This document shows, piece after piece, positions 38,043-47,197 of a stretch of 59,668 nucleotides of DNA. Origin of the DNA: a virus (taxonomy: Duplodnaviria > Caudoviricetes); IMG/VR virus record IMGVR_UViG_3300009163_000037, positions 1 to 59,668 of that record. The stretch is one strand, 5' to 3'. Position 1 is the first letter of the stretch. Each line of letters starts with the position of its first letter. A program made the translations under genes and the position numbers. The notes below the pieces were generated by a model, which ran no database searches, had not been told where the DNA came from, and was given only the letters and a program-made list of their open reading frames with translations.

Positions 38043-38714
38043 TTAAGCCAATGCAGAAACAAACGACATTGTGGCTACCACAGACTGGGTAGAAGGTTTG
38101 GTTGGAGTGCCGGACGCGGCGTAATACTCAATAGTTACAGTAGCAATTGTGGGCGACCAGTAAATCTCAATGTAGTCATTTGCCGCCATAGACACAACGT
38201 AGTTCCACCCTTTAATATCATGGGATGGAACACCCGCGCTTTTGCGGGCTGGTATGCCAACTTTACCTGTAGAGCCAGTGATGTCTGTGCCGTTTTGTTT
38301 TAACCAGATAAAAAGGTCTTGCGGAGCGTTATCCAGATTTTGAACCTGCGCGCTGAATTGGAGGTTGTATATACCGGCTTTGGCTACTGTGATTTTAGAA
38401 CTTGCAATAGTGACACCGTTAGAAAAATCCGTGGTGTTTAGCGTCATTAGGGTAGCTGTATTGGCAGCCGTAGACTGGGATTGGTCGCTGGAAAAAGCAC
38501 CGTAAGGGAATCTAATCCCTGAGCCCTCAATTTTAAAAGTCCCGTCTGTCGCTGTTTTCATCTGCCCCAGTATGTTGTCTAACTGGTTGAAGTACAGGCG
38601 TAAGACGTTGTTAAGCTGGTTAATGTAGTTAACATCGTACTCTTGCGTAGCCGCAGGTAGGCGCGGCGCAACAGCCTGGTTTAGAGCAAAATCAGAGGTG
38701 ACGATATACGTCAT
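38043..38714 (-). CDS. tail needle/spike-like protein with C1q/BclA-like C-terminal head
   Basis: APRLP...LRLYFNQL coiled coil then AGIYNLQFS...ANDYIEI. Confidence 0.6.
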   Translation of the reverse strand: MTYIVTSDFALNQAVAPRLPAATQEYDVNYINQLNNVLRLYFNQLDNILGQMKTATDGTFKIEGSGIRFPYGAFSSDQSQSTAANTATLMTLNTTDFSNGVTIASSKITVAKAGIYNLQFSAQVQNLDNAPQDLFIWLKQNGTDITGSTGKVGIPARKSAGVPSHDIKGWNYVVSMAANDYIEIYWSPTIATVTIEYYAASGTPTKPSTQSVVATMSFVSALA

Positions 38715-40843
38715 GTGCCACCCCTGCGACCATCATTGCGCAAATCTATACGCGGGCTGCCAAGCTGCCACTGGGTGCCAATCTTGTTGGAGGTGATCCG
38801 CATGGACATCTGGCGTCCGCGAATCCGGATGTAGATCTGCCCGTTGTAGGTGTCCAAGTCGATTGGGTACGTTTGCGTAGCAGTTACCGTTTGGGATGCG
38901 TCTGTGCTTGTGCCGCCTACCGATTTGGGGTCGTTGTAGCCTGAGCCGGAGTTTTGCAAAGGAAGAAGCTGCATAGTCAGCGCAGGGGTTGTTCCGTCCG
39001 TAGAGCCTCGGAACGTCAGGTCAGGCAACATCCTCCAGACAAAGGCAAAGTTATTGCCATCACCAATATCAAACTGGGCGCTGGTAATTGTTGCTTCAAT
39101 TGCCGCTGGGGTTCCGCTGGTGTTATCGTCCACACCGGATTCGTGGTTTACAAGGTTGTAGGAGTAGGTTGCAGCCACGGGGTAGTTACGCAGGCCGGTA
39201 TCCAGCCATGCTGTGCGGCCCATAGTGCCATAGTACCAAGCATTCTCGATGTAGTTGTAGATGACGTACTTATCAATAACTTGGCTGTTTTCAGAGCAGT
39301 AAAACCACCAAGCCTCGTTAAAGCCTTCATTGGTGCTGCCAAATACCTGTACAGATTCTGTTAAGTTAATGTCACTGTAAATGTACTGGCGTAAGTCGCA
39401 GTTAAGCGTTTGTACCCGTCCGTCGTACTTATAGAACTTATCTACACCCATCCAATAGGTAACGCCAGAAGCTAGTACGGGGGCATTTTGGCTAATGAGG
39501 GATACGTTGTCTGCAAGCAGTTGGTTACCCCAAACAGAAGGCGGCCCAAGGTACTGGAGCGAGTAAAGCGTGGAGTCTGTCCACACCAAAATCTCTTGGC
39601 GACTTTGCAAAACAGATACGATTTTGGAGCCGTGAGATAGCCGCACACTACCCGCTTGGTTGGTCGCCGCCGGATACCATGTGGTCAATGATTCTTGATC
39701 CGACCAGCGAATAAGCATCGGGTCAAGAACGGTGCTGCCGTAGTCATTAGTACCAAACACCAGCACAAAACGGCTTGCGTCGGATACTGTAAACACGTTT
39801 TGGTACAGCGGGGTATAACCATCAGCGCCCGCCAAAGAAGAAAGCAAAACCCCGCGAGGTGAAATGCTCTGCGTTCCCGACTGAGAACCGGATGTATTAA
39901 TTAAAGCGCCGGTAGGGGTTGCCGACAGGTTAAAAGTTGTACCGGTCAAATATCGGACGTAATAAGTAATCCCCGGCAGTAATCCTGTTGGCAAAGCGCC
40001 AGTGGTAGAAAATGTAATCGGTGTGAGATCTACGAGTCCTAAGCTACATGTAACTACACACGGCGTAGCAATTGTCATTGTGATGGTAGTTGCGGAGTAT
40101 CCAATAGTGGCATCCCAGTAGTACAGTGGGCCTCCATTAACGCCGTAAAGCAGGTTCTGCCCCCAATTGTTTTGGTTCCAAATACGCAGGGGCGCTACAG
40201 CAGTAGGGGTGCTATTTCCAATCCCCCAATATCCGCCGCCCCAAGATCCAGCACCCCAACCTACTGATGGCGTGTAAACAGCACCACCGGGATTAAGCTG
40301 GTAAACGGCATAAACAGTGCCGCCGCCAGTCGTGGAGGATGATGCAGTACCAGATACACGGATGGTGTAAGTAGAGGAATCAACAAAAGTAAGGGAGTAT
40401 TCGCCTGATACCGTAACCCCACCCACTGCCGTGCCGCCGTAAAAAGTTACATAAGCGCCATCTGTTGCACCATGAGAAACATCTGTAACTGTAACAGTGG
40501 TGTAGCCGCCGGAGTTAGTGGATGTGCTTGTAGCAAATGGGTTAGTAAGCGTATGTTCCGCGCGGATTGGGGTAATGTCATAGTAAACCCCACCATTTTC
40601 AATATACATTTTGGACGTAGTGCCAACGCCCATTAAGTTTTGACCAGCCAGCGTTACCCAATTCCAAAGGGAGCGGCAAACACCAATAAATGTGTTGGCT
40701 GAAATACGCGCCCAACCGCCTATTTTTTCTGGCGTACCTTGGCGAAACCGAATTTTGTCGGACTCATACCAGCCGTTCTCGTTGGTGTACCGAGTGTTTT
40801 CCCGGTTAACCCCCGGTTTAAGCGTCAGTTTTTGTAACGGCAT
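38711..40843 (-). CDS. tail hub/stabilisation protein (P22 gp10 / nozzle-like)
   Basis: 710 aa; RFRQGTPEKIGGW, IRWSDQE, YWMG, YNY.E..W, IRGRQ. Confidence 0.75.
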   Translation of the reverse strand: MPLQKLTLKPGVNRENTRYTNENGWYESDKIRFRQGTPEKIGGWARISANTFIGVCRSLWNWVTLAGQNLMGVGTTSKMYIENGGVYYDITPIRAEHTLTNPFATSTSTNSGGYTTVTVTDVSHGATDGAYVTFYGGTAVGGVTVSGEYSLTFVDSSTYTIRVSGTASSSTTGGGTVYAVYQLNPGGAVYTPSVGWGAGSWGGGYWGIGNSTPTAVAPLRIWNQNNWGQNLLYGVNGGPLYYWDATIGYSATTITMTIATPCVVTCSLGLVDLTPITFSTTGALPTGLLPGITYYVRYLTGTTFNLSATPTGALINTSGSQSGTQSISPRGVLLSSLAGADGYTPLYQNVFTVSDASRFVLVFGTNDYGSTVLDPMLIRWSDQESLTTWYPAATNQAGSVRLSHGSKIVSVLQSRQEILVWTDSTLYSLQYLGPPSVWGNQLLADNVSLISQNAPVLASGVTYWMGVDKFYKYDGRVQTLNCDLRQYIYSDINLTESVQVFGSTNEGFNEAWWFYCSENSQVIDKYVIYNYIENAWYYGTMGRTAWLDTGLRNYPVAATYSYNLVNHESGVDDNTSGTPAAIEATITSAQFDIGDGNNFAFVWRMLPDLTFRGSTDGTTPALTMQLLPLQNSGSGYNDPKSVGGTSTDASQTVTATQTYPIDLDTYNGQIYIRIRGRQMSMRITSNKIGTQWQLGSPRIDLRNDGRRGGT

Positions 40844-40852
40844 CGCGCGTCC

Positions 40853-41191
40853 TTACACGTTTCTTTCAAAATGCGGGCAATCGACCAACGATTTAAAGTT
40901 ACCGCCCCACCGGTTTTTGGGGTGCAGGCTTTCCCAATACGCGCCTAGGGGAGCCAAGATTCCCTTGTCCCATATTATCTTCCCATCCTTGAAGAAATTC
41001 AAGTCTATGGCGCAGCGTTTCAAGTGGATGGAGTTCATCGTTTTAGACCGCCCGGTCTTAAAGTAAATGGCTTGTTGCTCCGGTGTACGGGCTAGTTCAC
41101 CCCCAGTAACTACAAAACCTTGGTCTGTGGCGTACTGGATCAACTTGCACATATCCAACAGGAAGGCCGCTTGTTCTTGCGATAGGCTCAT
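40853..41191 (-). CDS. endolysin, peptidase M15 family
   Basis: RTPEQQ, SIHLKRCAIDL, WGGNF, DCPHFE zinc-binding motifs. Confidence 0.85.
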   Translation of the reverse strand: MSLSQEQAAFLLDMCKLIQYATDQGFVVTGGELARTPEQQAIYFKTGRSKTMNSIHLKRCAIDLNFFKDGKIIWDKGILAPLGAYWESLHPKNRWGGNFKSLVDCPHFERNV

Positions 41192-41700
41192 TTTCCACCC
41201 CTTATATCTGCCAGTTTTTCAATGGTTCTGCCACCAAAATAAGCGCCCATGATGAGCATACCCCAGTTTCCAAGAAGGGTGACGTAGCTTTGGTTGGCGT
41301 TTAACCCAAAGGCGGACATCATGGCAAACAGGAAATACCCCATAAAGATGGCTACAAGGCTCAAAGGGCGGATGTTTTTGGACAACCAAGAGTCAGACCC
41401 CATGTCTGATTTCCAGCGGTCAGAGACGTTGTTGTCCTCGTTTTGGGCGGCTTGGGCAAACACCTTGAGCGTATCCAGCTCCATTTGGGCCTTCTGGATG
41501 CCAAGTTCTATCAGGCGCTCCTCGTGGTCGTATTGGAGCTGGCGCAGCTTGGCAACGTCCTCTGGGGTAGGAGAGTCAGGGATTTTGATGCCAAAGGTGT
41601 TCTCAACAACTTCTTTACCCTTGGCTTGGAGGGCAGAGGACAGAAGGCTAAGCCCGTTTTCGGCAAGTGTCCCCAGCAGGGAAGCAACTATAGGAATCAT
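41188..41700 (-). CDS. holin (3TM type)
   Basis: DSWLSKNIRP, TM helices, YFGGRT.EK; adjacent to endolysin. Confidence 0.75.
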   Translation of the reverse strand: MIPIVASLLGTLAENGLSLLSSALQAKGKEVVENTFGIKIPDSPTPEDVAKLRQLQYDHEERLIELGIQKAQMELDTLKVFAQAAQNEDNNVSDRWKSDMGSDSWLSKNIRPLSLVAIFMGYFLFAMMSAFGLNANQSYVTLLGNWGMLIMGAYFGGRTIEKLADIRGGK

Positions 41701-42173
41701 CAGTGTTTCTCCAACAACATAGTGAGCCACCAAAAAACAAGGCCCAAAACCAAAATAACAATTGCGCCGCCAAGCAGCCAGTTAATCAACTCGTCTAACT
41801 CTTTCTTCTTAGCCGCTGCGTTCTTCTCATCCAAAATTTCCTGCGCCTTGCGCTTCTGGATAATGTTGTTGCGCTCAATCAGGAGCTGCTGCCACAAGTC
41901 AGCGTGGCCTGACATCACCATCCAATTGTTCAGCTCCTTCTCAGCGTCATTGAGCATCTTGGCCTGCATGACGATCTCAAAAGCCTGCGCCGTGTCCGAC
42001 TTAGCAAACGTACCATTGGGCTGGGACGCAGCTCTCTGGACAACATCCTTGGCCTCGAAAAACTTCATTGCCTCGCCAGTGATGGCGTGGATATCTTTCC
42101 CTAACTTGATCGCTGCCTGAACGCCCTTAACAGCCGCTTGAGCCGTGGCGAAGGCCGTTATGGGATCTATCAT
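41700..42173 (-). CDS. coiled-coil protein with C-terminal TM anchor
   Basis: MIDPITAFATA start; hydrophobic tail; lysis region. Confidence 0.7.
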   Translation of the reverse strand: MIDPITAFATAQAAVKGVQAAIKLGKDIHAITGEAMKFFEAKDVVQRAASQPNGTFAKSDTAQAFEIVMQAKMLNDAEKELNNWMVMSGHADLWQQLLIERNNIIQKRKAQEILDEKNAAAKKKELDELINWLLGGAIVILVLGLVFWWLTMLLEKH

Positions 42174-42175
42174 AA

Positions 42176-42970
42176 TTAGAAAGTAATTGAGCCACTGCTA
42201 GTAAATTTATAGATTCGATATCCGCCTGAAACTGTATATGTATATGTACCTGTTACAGATATTGCTGGCGAATAAACATTTGAATAACGAACTATTACCA
42301 CTCCAGATCCGCCAATGTTTACACCGCCAGATCCGCTATACCGGTTTGCTCCACCACCACCGCCAGTGTTTGGGGTTCCGGGGGATAAACTGCCATCACC
42401 AAATGCCGTGCCGCGACCACCACCTCCGATACCGCCAGCTCCTTCATAGCCTGTAGATGATCCACCGCCTCCGCCTCCGTAATAAACCACAGAGCCTGTA
42501 ATCGACGAAGACGCACCTGCACCGCCTTGACCGCCTTCTCCATCTGCACCTACGGCCCCTGCGCCACCACCGCCGCCGCCGTTACTGCCGCCGTCATTTC
42601 CTTGACCGGATGTGCCAGAACCACCAGATGCGCCCATTGCGCCACCACCACCAGAGCCGCCATTTTTTCCTACTGCCCCACCACCTCCGCCGCCACCGCC
42701 TGTAGAGGTAATTGAAACAGCGCCGCCAATAAGACTTGAATTTCCACCGTTATTACCTGATCCAGTAGCAACCGCAGTTCCACCAGCGCCAATGGTTACA
42801 GTGTAAGTAACGCTAGGAGCGATAGATGTAGAGCCTGATTTAAATCCACCGGCTCCGCCGCCACCACCGTCACCACTACCGCCACCACCGCCACCGGCAA
42901 CTACTAGGTAATCAATGGATGAGGCTGAATTTCTCCCACCGGCAAATAAAAAGTTTGGTGCGGCAAACAT
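42176..42970 (-). CDS. glycine-rich domain tail-fibre protein
   Basis: DYLVVAGGGGG...GGSGVVIVRY. Confidence 0.75.
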   Translation of the reverse strand: MFAAPNFLFAGGRNSASSIDYLVVAGGGGGGSGDGGGGGAGGFKSGSTSIAPSVTYTVTIGAGGTAVATGSGNNGGNSSLIGGAVSITSTGGGGGGGGAVGKNGGSGGGGAMGASGGSGTSGQGNDGGSNGGGGGGAGAVGADGEGGQGGAGASSSITGSVVYYGGGGGGSSTGYEGAGGIGGGGRGTAFGDGSLSPGTPNTGGGGGANRYSGSGGVNIGGSGVVIVRYSNVYSPAISVTGTYTYTVSGGYRIYKFTSSGSITF

Positions 42971-43863
42971 TATGGTGTGTATCCTTGAACGTAAGAACCG
43001 TACCAGTTAGTCCCATCAGACACAAACGTCAAAATATCCATTTTGCCTGCCGTTGCAGTTATGGTTGGCGCTCCTAATGCGCTCCATTTAACGCCTGTAA
43101 ACGTAGCAGTTCCATTGCCCGTAGAAGCCGCTTGTTTAAGTAAAAGAACAAAAGACGTACCCGCTGTAGCGGTTGGCATTGTAAAAGTGCAAGCAGTAGA
43201 AGCCGTTAGAGTAGCTGTTTGTACAGTACCACTTGTTAAAGCTATTGTGTTTGTAGATGTAACTGTACCAATTGCAACTACGCTCTCTACATAACCAGTG
43301 ACTACCGGCGCAGTCAGCGTTTTGTTAGTAAGTGTCTGGGTATCAGATGTAGTGACAATCCCTGCGCCAGTTAAAGATGTACCGCCTGTGCCGCCATTAG
43401 CTTGCGGCAAAACTCCTGATGCTCCTATAGTTGCAACCGTAATAAAGTCAGACCCATTCCATGCAACGATGGCTCTGCTGTTATTGGCTACAGTTACACC
43501 GGTAGTTGACGCGCCTTTGACTGTGACGGTATATCCTGTGGTGTTGATAACAATGTAATGTCGGCTGGAGCTAGGGACAATCAAGTTCCACACAGCAGAG
43601 CGTGTGCCAGTGCAGTTAAGGATAAGGTACTGCGCCGATCCTGTGGATCCCGTCCCGGCTTGAACCAAGTTAGTGGCTGAGCTAGTTCCGTTAGCCAACG
43701 ACAAGGTTACATCGCCGCTGGTAGCTGCAATGGTTTGTGTCCCTGCAATTGCAACATCCAAGAATGCCGTCAGGCCATTGTTTACATCATCGCCCCATGT
43801 CCCGGACTCAGTGCCAGTAACCGGCTGGGCAAGCGCCAAGTTGGTTGTGTAGTTAACGGTCAT
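42970..43863 (-). CDS. tail fibre protein
   Basis: TGTESGTWG, TQTLTNKTLTAP, DILTFVSDGTNWYG. Confidence 0.7.
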   Translation of the reverse strand: MTVNYTTNLALAQPVTGTESGTWGDDVNNGLTAFLDVAIAGTQTIAATSGDVTLSLANGTSSATNLVQAGTGSTGSAQYLILNCTGTRSAVWNLIVPSSSRHYIVINTTGYTVTVKGASTTGVTVANNSRAIVAWNGSDFITVATIGASGVLPQANGGTGGTSLTGAGIVTTSDTQTLTNKTLTAPVVTGYVESVVAIGTVTSTNTIALTSGTVQTATLTASTACTFTMPTATAGTSFVLLLKQAASTGNGTATFTGVKWSALGAPTITATAGKMDILTFVSDGTNWYGSYVQGYTP

Positions 43864-43891
43864 ATTTATGCTCCAGTAGTACCGACTTGGA
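43861..43891. repeat. 31-bp direct repeat copy 1 (gene end + SD + next start)
   Basis: 28/31 identical to 46615-46645. Confidence 0.75.
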
Positions 43892-44144
43892 TTGTGTCAG
43901 TGCTTGTAGTGTCAAATTGAATTGTATCGGTGATGGTGTTTTCTGTATATTCCACCCATTGTTCCGTGGATTGGCTCCAAGACCAATTACCCTCTGGCTT
44001 TACGGGCCGCACCACCCATCCCGGCGGGAACCACCAGACAACCTCTTGCCCTTCACCAGCAATAGGAGGATCAGATACCTCAATCCAGCCGTCAGTGCCG
44101 TCTGTATCCGTTTTAGGAATAGAACCAAGTTTAGAGTAAAGCAT
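43866..44144 (-). CDS. small Trp-rich fibre-assembly-like protein
   Basis: Ends QVGTTGA. Confidence 0.65.
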   Translation of the reverse strand: MLYSKLGSIPKTDTDGTDGWIEVSDPPIAGEGQEVVWWFPPGWVVRPVKPEGNWSWSQSTEQWVEYTENTITDTIQFDTTSTDTIQVGTTGA

Positions 44145-44146
44145 GA

Positions 44147-46162
44147 TTATTGATTTGGGAATGCCGCTGTTGGCGGTGTAAATGTGGATGTATACCTAGC
44201 GTAACCTTTTGTGACACGCAAGTCATCAATATAACCAGTCATATAGTTAGTTGGGGTTGGAGTTGCTCCAACCAAAAAAGTAGTATCAGACCAGTTTGTG
44301 CTATTTGCAACTGTTGCATCTTGAACGCCATTAAGCCAAATTTTTAATGTCCCAGATGCTCTTGTTACGGCAATGTGATACCAAGTATTTGCGCTTAATG
44401 TTGTGGCTCCAATTAAAACTTGAGATGTTGTATATATTTGAACTTTTGCGGTAGACAATCCAAGATTAAATCCAGCCGTACTTGATGACGTTACTCTACT
44501 ATCTGTCAAAGTTGGAAAGTTTGCTACGCTTGTAAAGTAAGCCCAGCATTCCAATGTAAAGTCTCCAGAACCAAAAGACAAATTTACTGAGGCTGGTTGT
44601 TTTAAATAATCACCAGTTCCATCAAACGCCATTGAGCCAGAGCCAAACTTTTTAACACTTGTGCTTACCTGTGCATCTCCAACAGTTTCCAAGTCATTCA
44701 TCATGGCGTTGTCGTAGATGCCAGCGTTAGTGTAGTTGAGTAATAATGATGTGTTGGTAACAGCGGTAACTGGCGCAGTTGGCACAGTAATTGTTGTTTG
44801 AGAAGCATCGTAAGCACCAGTGCCTTGGATAAACCGAACATCTGATAAATATCCAGTTAAATAAGTGCTACCAGAATCTAAACCAAATCTAACAGTAGTT
44901 CTAGTTGTTGGTTTTGTAATGCCAGCAGTTGCAGTTACTACCCTTGTTCCATTTACATATAACGATAAAGTTGTGGCGTTTGTTGCTACAACAATGTGAT
45001 ACCACTGATTTAATGCTCGTCCTGTAGTTGGATCTGCTAGAGTTCCAGAAGTACCAGCTACGTTGTAATACATTAAAAACTGTTGCGAAACTAAAGCAAT
45101 TGTGTATTCAATACCATTTGTAATGCTATAACTAGCAACACCACCATATTTTGTAGCAATAACGCAAGTTGCAGCAGTAGGATATATCCAAGTTTCAAAC
45201 GATGCAGTTGCACCACCCAAATCCATCACATTACTTGTATCAGTGAAGTTTAAATAATCACTACCATCAAAATACCCTGACCCACCAATAACACTTGTAC
45301 TGTATGCAGCAAATGGGCTAAATGGGCTAAAGCGTTGGATGGATACAGTTCCATTGCGAGTAATGGTAAAAGCGTTTGTACTGTTGTCAACAAAACGATT
45401 TGATTGACAGGATAAAAGTGATGTTCCGCTAATAGCAGTAAGCGGTGTTGTGCTTGGCGTAAAAGCAGTCGTATAAACCGCTGTTCCCTTAACTACACGC
45501 AAATTTGAAATATATCCTGCTGTTGAATAACCAGCTAAATTAATGCCACCGATACTAGGTGCAGTTGTTACTGTCCAATTTTTAGAGTCAGTTCCTGTTC
45601 CAACAAGAGTTCCATTTGCATAAAGTTTTGTGCTGCTTGCTGAGGTGCTTGTACGAACAATAGCAAGATGATTCCATGAATTTAAAGCTACAGCACCTGC
45701 TGATGAATTAAATACTGTACCTACACCATATTCACCAAGACCCAAAGCACCTGTGCTAGTAATATATAAATCAAGCGCCCCTGACGCATTACCAGAGTCA
45801 AAAACAGAACCTTGTACGGAAGCATACGCAGTAAGAAAAACCCATGCTTCAATAGTGTAAGCACCTGTGCCAAATGCAAATCCAACATTGCTAGGCAAAC
45901 TCAAACTTGTTGCAGTAGCACCATCAAAGTAATTACTCCAATTAACACCATACGGCGTAAACGTACCCTGCGTTGTATTGCCGTTGCGGGTGATAGTGAA
46001 GTTGTTTGTGCTGCTATCGAGGAACGTATTGTTCTGAGCGCCGTTAGTCCCGTCACCATGCAATAGTAAGGTAACGTACTCAAAAAACGGATCAACAACT
46101 CTGCCTACAAAAAGCCCAAAACCTCTGGCTGCTGCTGATCCAATCCGGCTTAACAATGGCAT
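44147..46162 (-). CDS. tail fibre with three concanavalin A-like/LamG domains
   Basis: Repeated TIEAW/FETW/TLECW...W.H...LY.NG...GYI..LR units. Confidence 0.8.
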   Translation of the reverse strand: MPLLSRIGSAAARGFGLFVGRVVDPFFEYVTLLLHGDGTNGAQNNTFLDSSTNNFTITRNGNTTQGTFTPYGVNWSNYFDGATATSLSLPSNVGFAFGTGAYTIEAWVFLTAYASVQGSVFDSGNASGALDLYITSTGALGLGEYGVGTVFNSSAGAVALNSWNHLAIVRTSTSASSTKLYANGTLVGTGTDSKNWTVTTAPSIGGINLAGYSTAGYISNLRVVKGTAVYTTAFTPSTTPLTAISGTSLLSCQSNRFVDNSTNAFTITRNGTVSIQRFSPFSPFAAYSTSVIGGSGYFDGSDYLNFTDTSNVMDLGGATASFETWIYPTAATCVIATKYGGVASYSITNGIEYTIALVSQQFLMYYNVAGTSGTLADPTTGRALNQWYHIVVATNATTLSLYVNGTRVVTATAGITKPTTRTTVRFGLDSGSTYLTGYLSDVRFIQGTGAYDASQTTITVPTAPVTAVTNTSLLLNYTNAGIYDNAMMNDLETVGDAQVSTSVKKFGSGSMAFDGTGDYLKQPASVNLSFGSGDFTLECWAYFTSVANFPTLTDSRVTSSSTAGFNLGLSTAKVQIYTTSQVLIGATTLSANTWYHIAVTRASGTLKIWLNGVQDATVANSTNWSDTTFLVGATPTPTNYMTGYIDDLRVTKGYARYTSTFTPPTAAFPNQ

Positions 46163-46170
46163 ATCAGTCC

Positions 46171-46617
46171 TTACTTGAATTGGGTTTGCGCTGCAAGCAC
46201 AGTAAACGTAGCTGATGCGGTCTTAATAATTGTATAGGTGTAAGCGTCAATACCAGAGGCATTTCCAGAGGTATAAGCCGTACCGCCCTGATATTTCGGG
46301 GTTACAGAGGTTCCGTCAATCGTCAAGGCATTGTTGTAATACGCCGTTGTACCCTGAGTAACCAAGAACGCAATAGTCAGACTCTGCCCTGTAGTCATTA
46401 CAGAATTCAACGTAGTAGTGCTATTACCCCTGATATTAAGAGTCCAGTTAGCAGATGCGTTGGTTGTGTAATACAGCACTGCTTGGGTGACTGCATCGTA
46501 ATTAACAGTGCCTGTAGCTGCTGTGGCAGATGTTGTGGCAAGTTCTTGGATGCTTAACGTAGCACCTGTACTAGTTAGGTTTTCTGGCAAAAAAGATAGA
46601 TTTCGTGCGAGGCTCAT
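46171..46617 (-). CDS. tail fibre-associated protein
   Basis: Thr-rich beta protein, DAYTYTIIKT. Confidence 0.7.
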   Translation of the reverse strand: MSLARNLSFLPENLTSTGATLSIQELATTSATAATGTVNYDAVTQAVLYYTTNASANWTLNIRGNSTTTLNSVMTTGQSLTIAFLVTQGTTAYYNNALTIDGTSVTPKYQGGTAYTSGNASGIDAYTYTIIKTASATFTVLAAQTQFK

Positions 46618-46645
46618 GTTTAGGCTCCAGTAGTACCAACTTGGA
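46615..46645. repeat. 31-bp direct repeat copy 2
   Basis: See 43861-43891. Confidence 0.75.
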
Positions 46646-46940
46646 CAATATCATTATTTTCCCATTGGCAGGTAGTTTCGTTTAACGTCCAGTTGCCAGC
46701 GGGTTGGGGTGGAATAAACGCATCACGGGCTACATCGTAGGTGTAGCCAACTCCAGCGTAATTTTTACGGATGCGGGCATTGTAGGAAGTTTGCTTCCAA
46801 GTACCGCCTAACAATGATTCGCAAAATGCAGCACCAATGTACTCTTTTTCCGTTCCAAAAGCATCGGAACAGTCTTTGTTGTCCACAACAATAACTTGAG
46901 TAACGATCTGATTTCCATCAATCTGTGCAAAATGTGCCAT
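46620..46940 (-). CDS. conserved fibre-associated small protein (MAHFA...WKQTSYN..RKNYAG)
   Basis: Recognisable aquatic-phage motif; ends QVGTTGA. Confidence 0.75.
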   Translation of the reverse strand: MAHFAQIDGNQIVTQVIVVDNKDCSDAFGTEKEYIGAAFCESLLGGTWKQTSYNARIRKNYAGVGYTYDVARDAFIPPQPAGNWTLNETTCQWENNDIVQVGTTGA

Positions 46941-46941
46941 T

Positions 46942-47196
46942 TCAAACTCCATTTATCGCTGCATCAATTACTTGACGCTCGCCAGTAATTTTTTCAATCT
47001 GCTCATCAGTAAATATGGTGTCGATGGAATCCTCAAACGCTTTGATTTTTTCCATTGTGTCCATGAGTTCTTTCCATGTTGGGCATGGGCGAGCGTCTTC
47101 CCACCGAGTGATTGACGTATTGCTGATCTCCCACTTAGCGCCGGGGCGTAACAAGTGCATCGCTGTGTCAATGCCGTAGAGTTGGTAGATTTTCAT
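46942..47196 (-). CDS. XkdW/YorD-like fibre chaperone
   Basis: LRPGAKW...W.D.RPCPTW.E. Confidence 0.6.
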   Translation of the reverse strand: MKIYQLYGIDTAMHLLRPGAKWEISNTSITRWEDARPCPTWKELMDTMEKIKAFEDSIDTIFTDEQIEKITGERQVIDAAINGV

Positions 47197-47197
47197 G

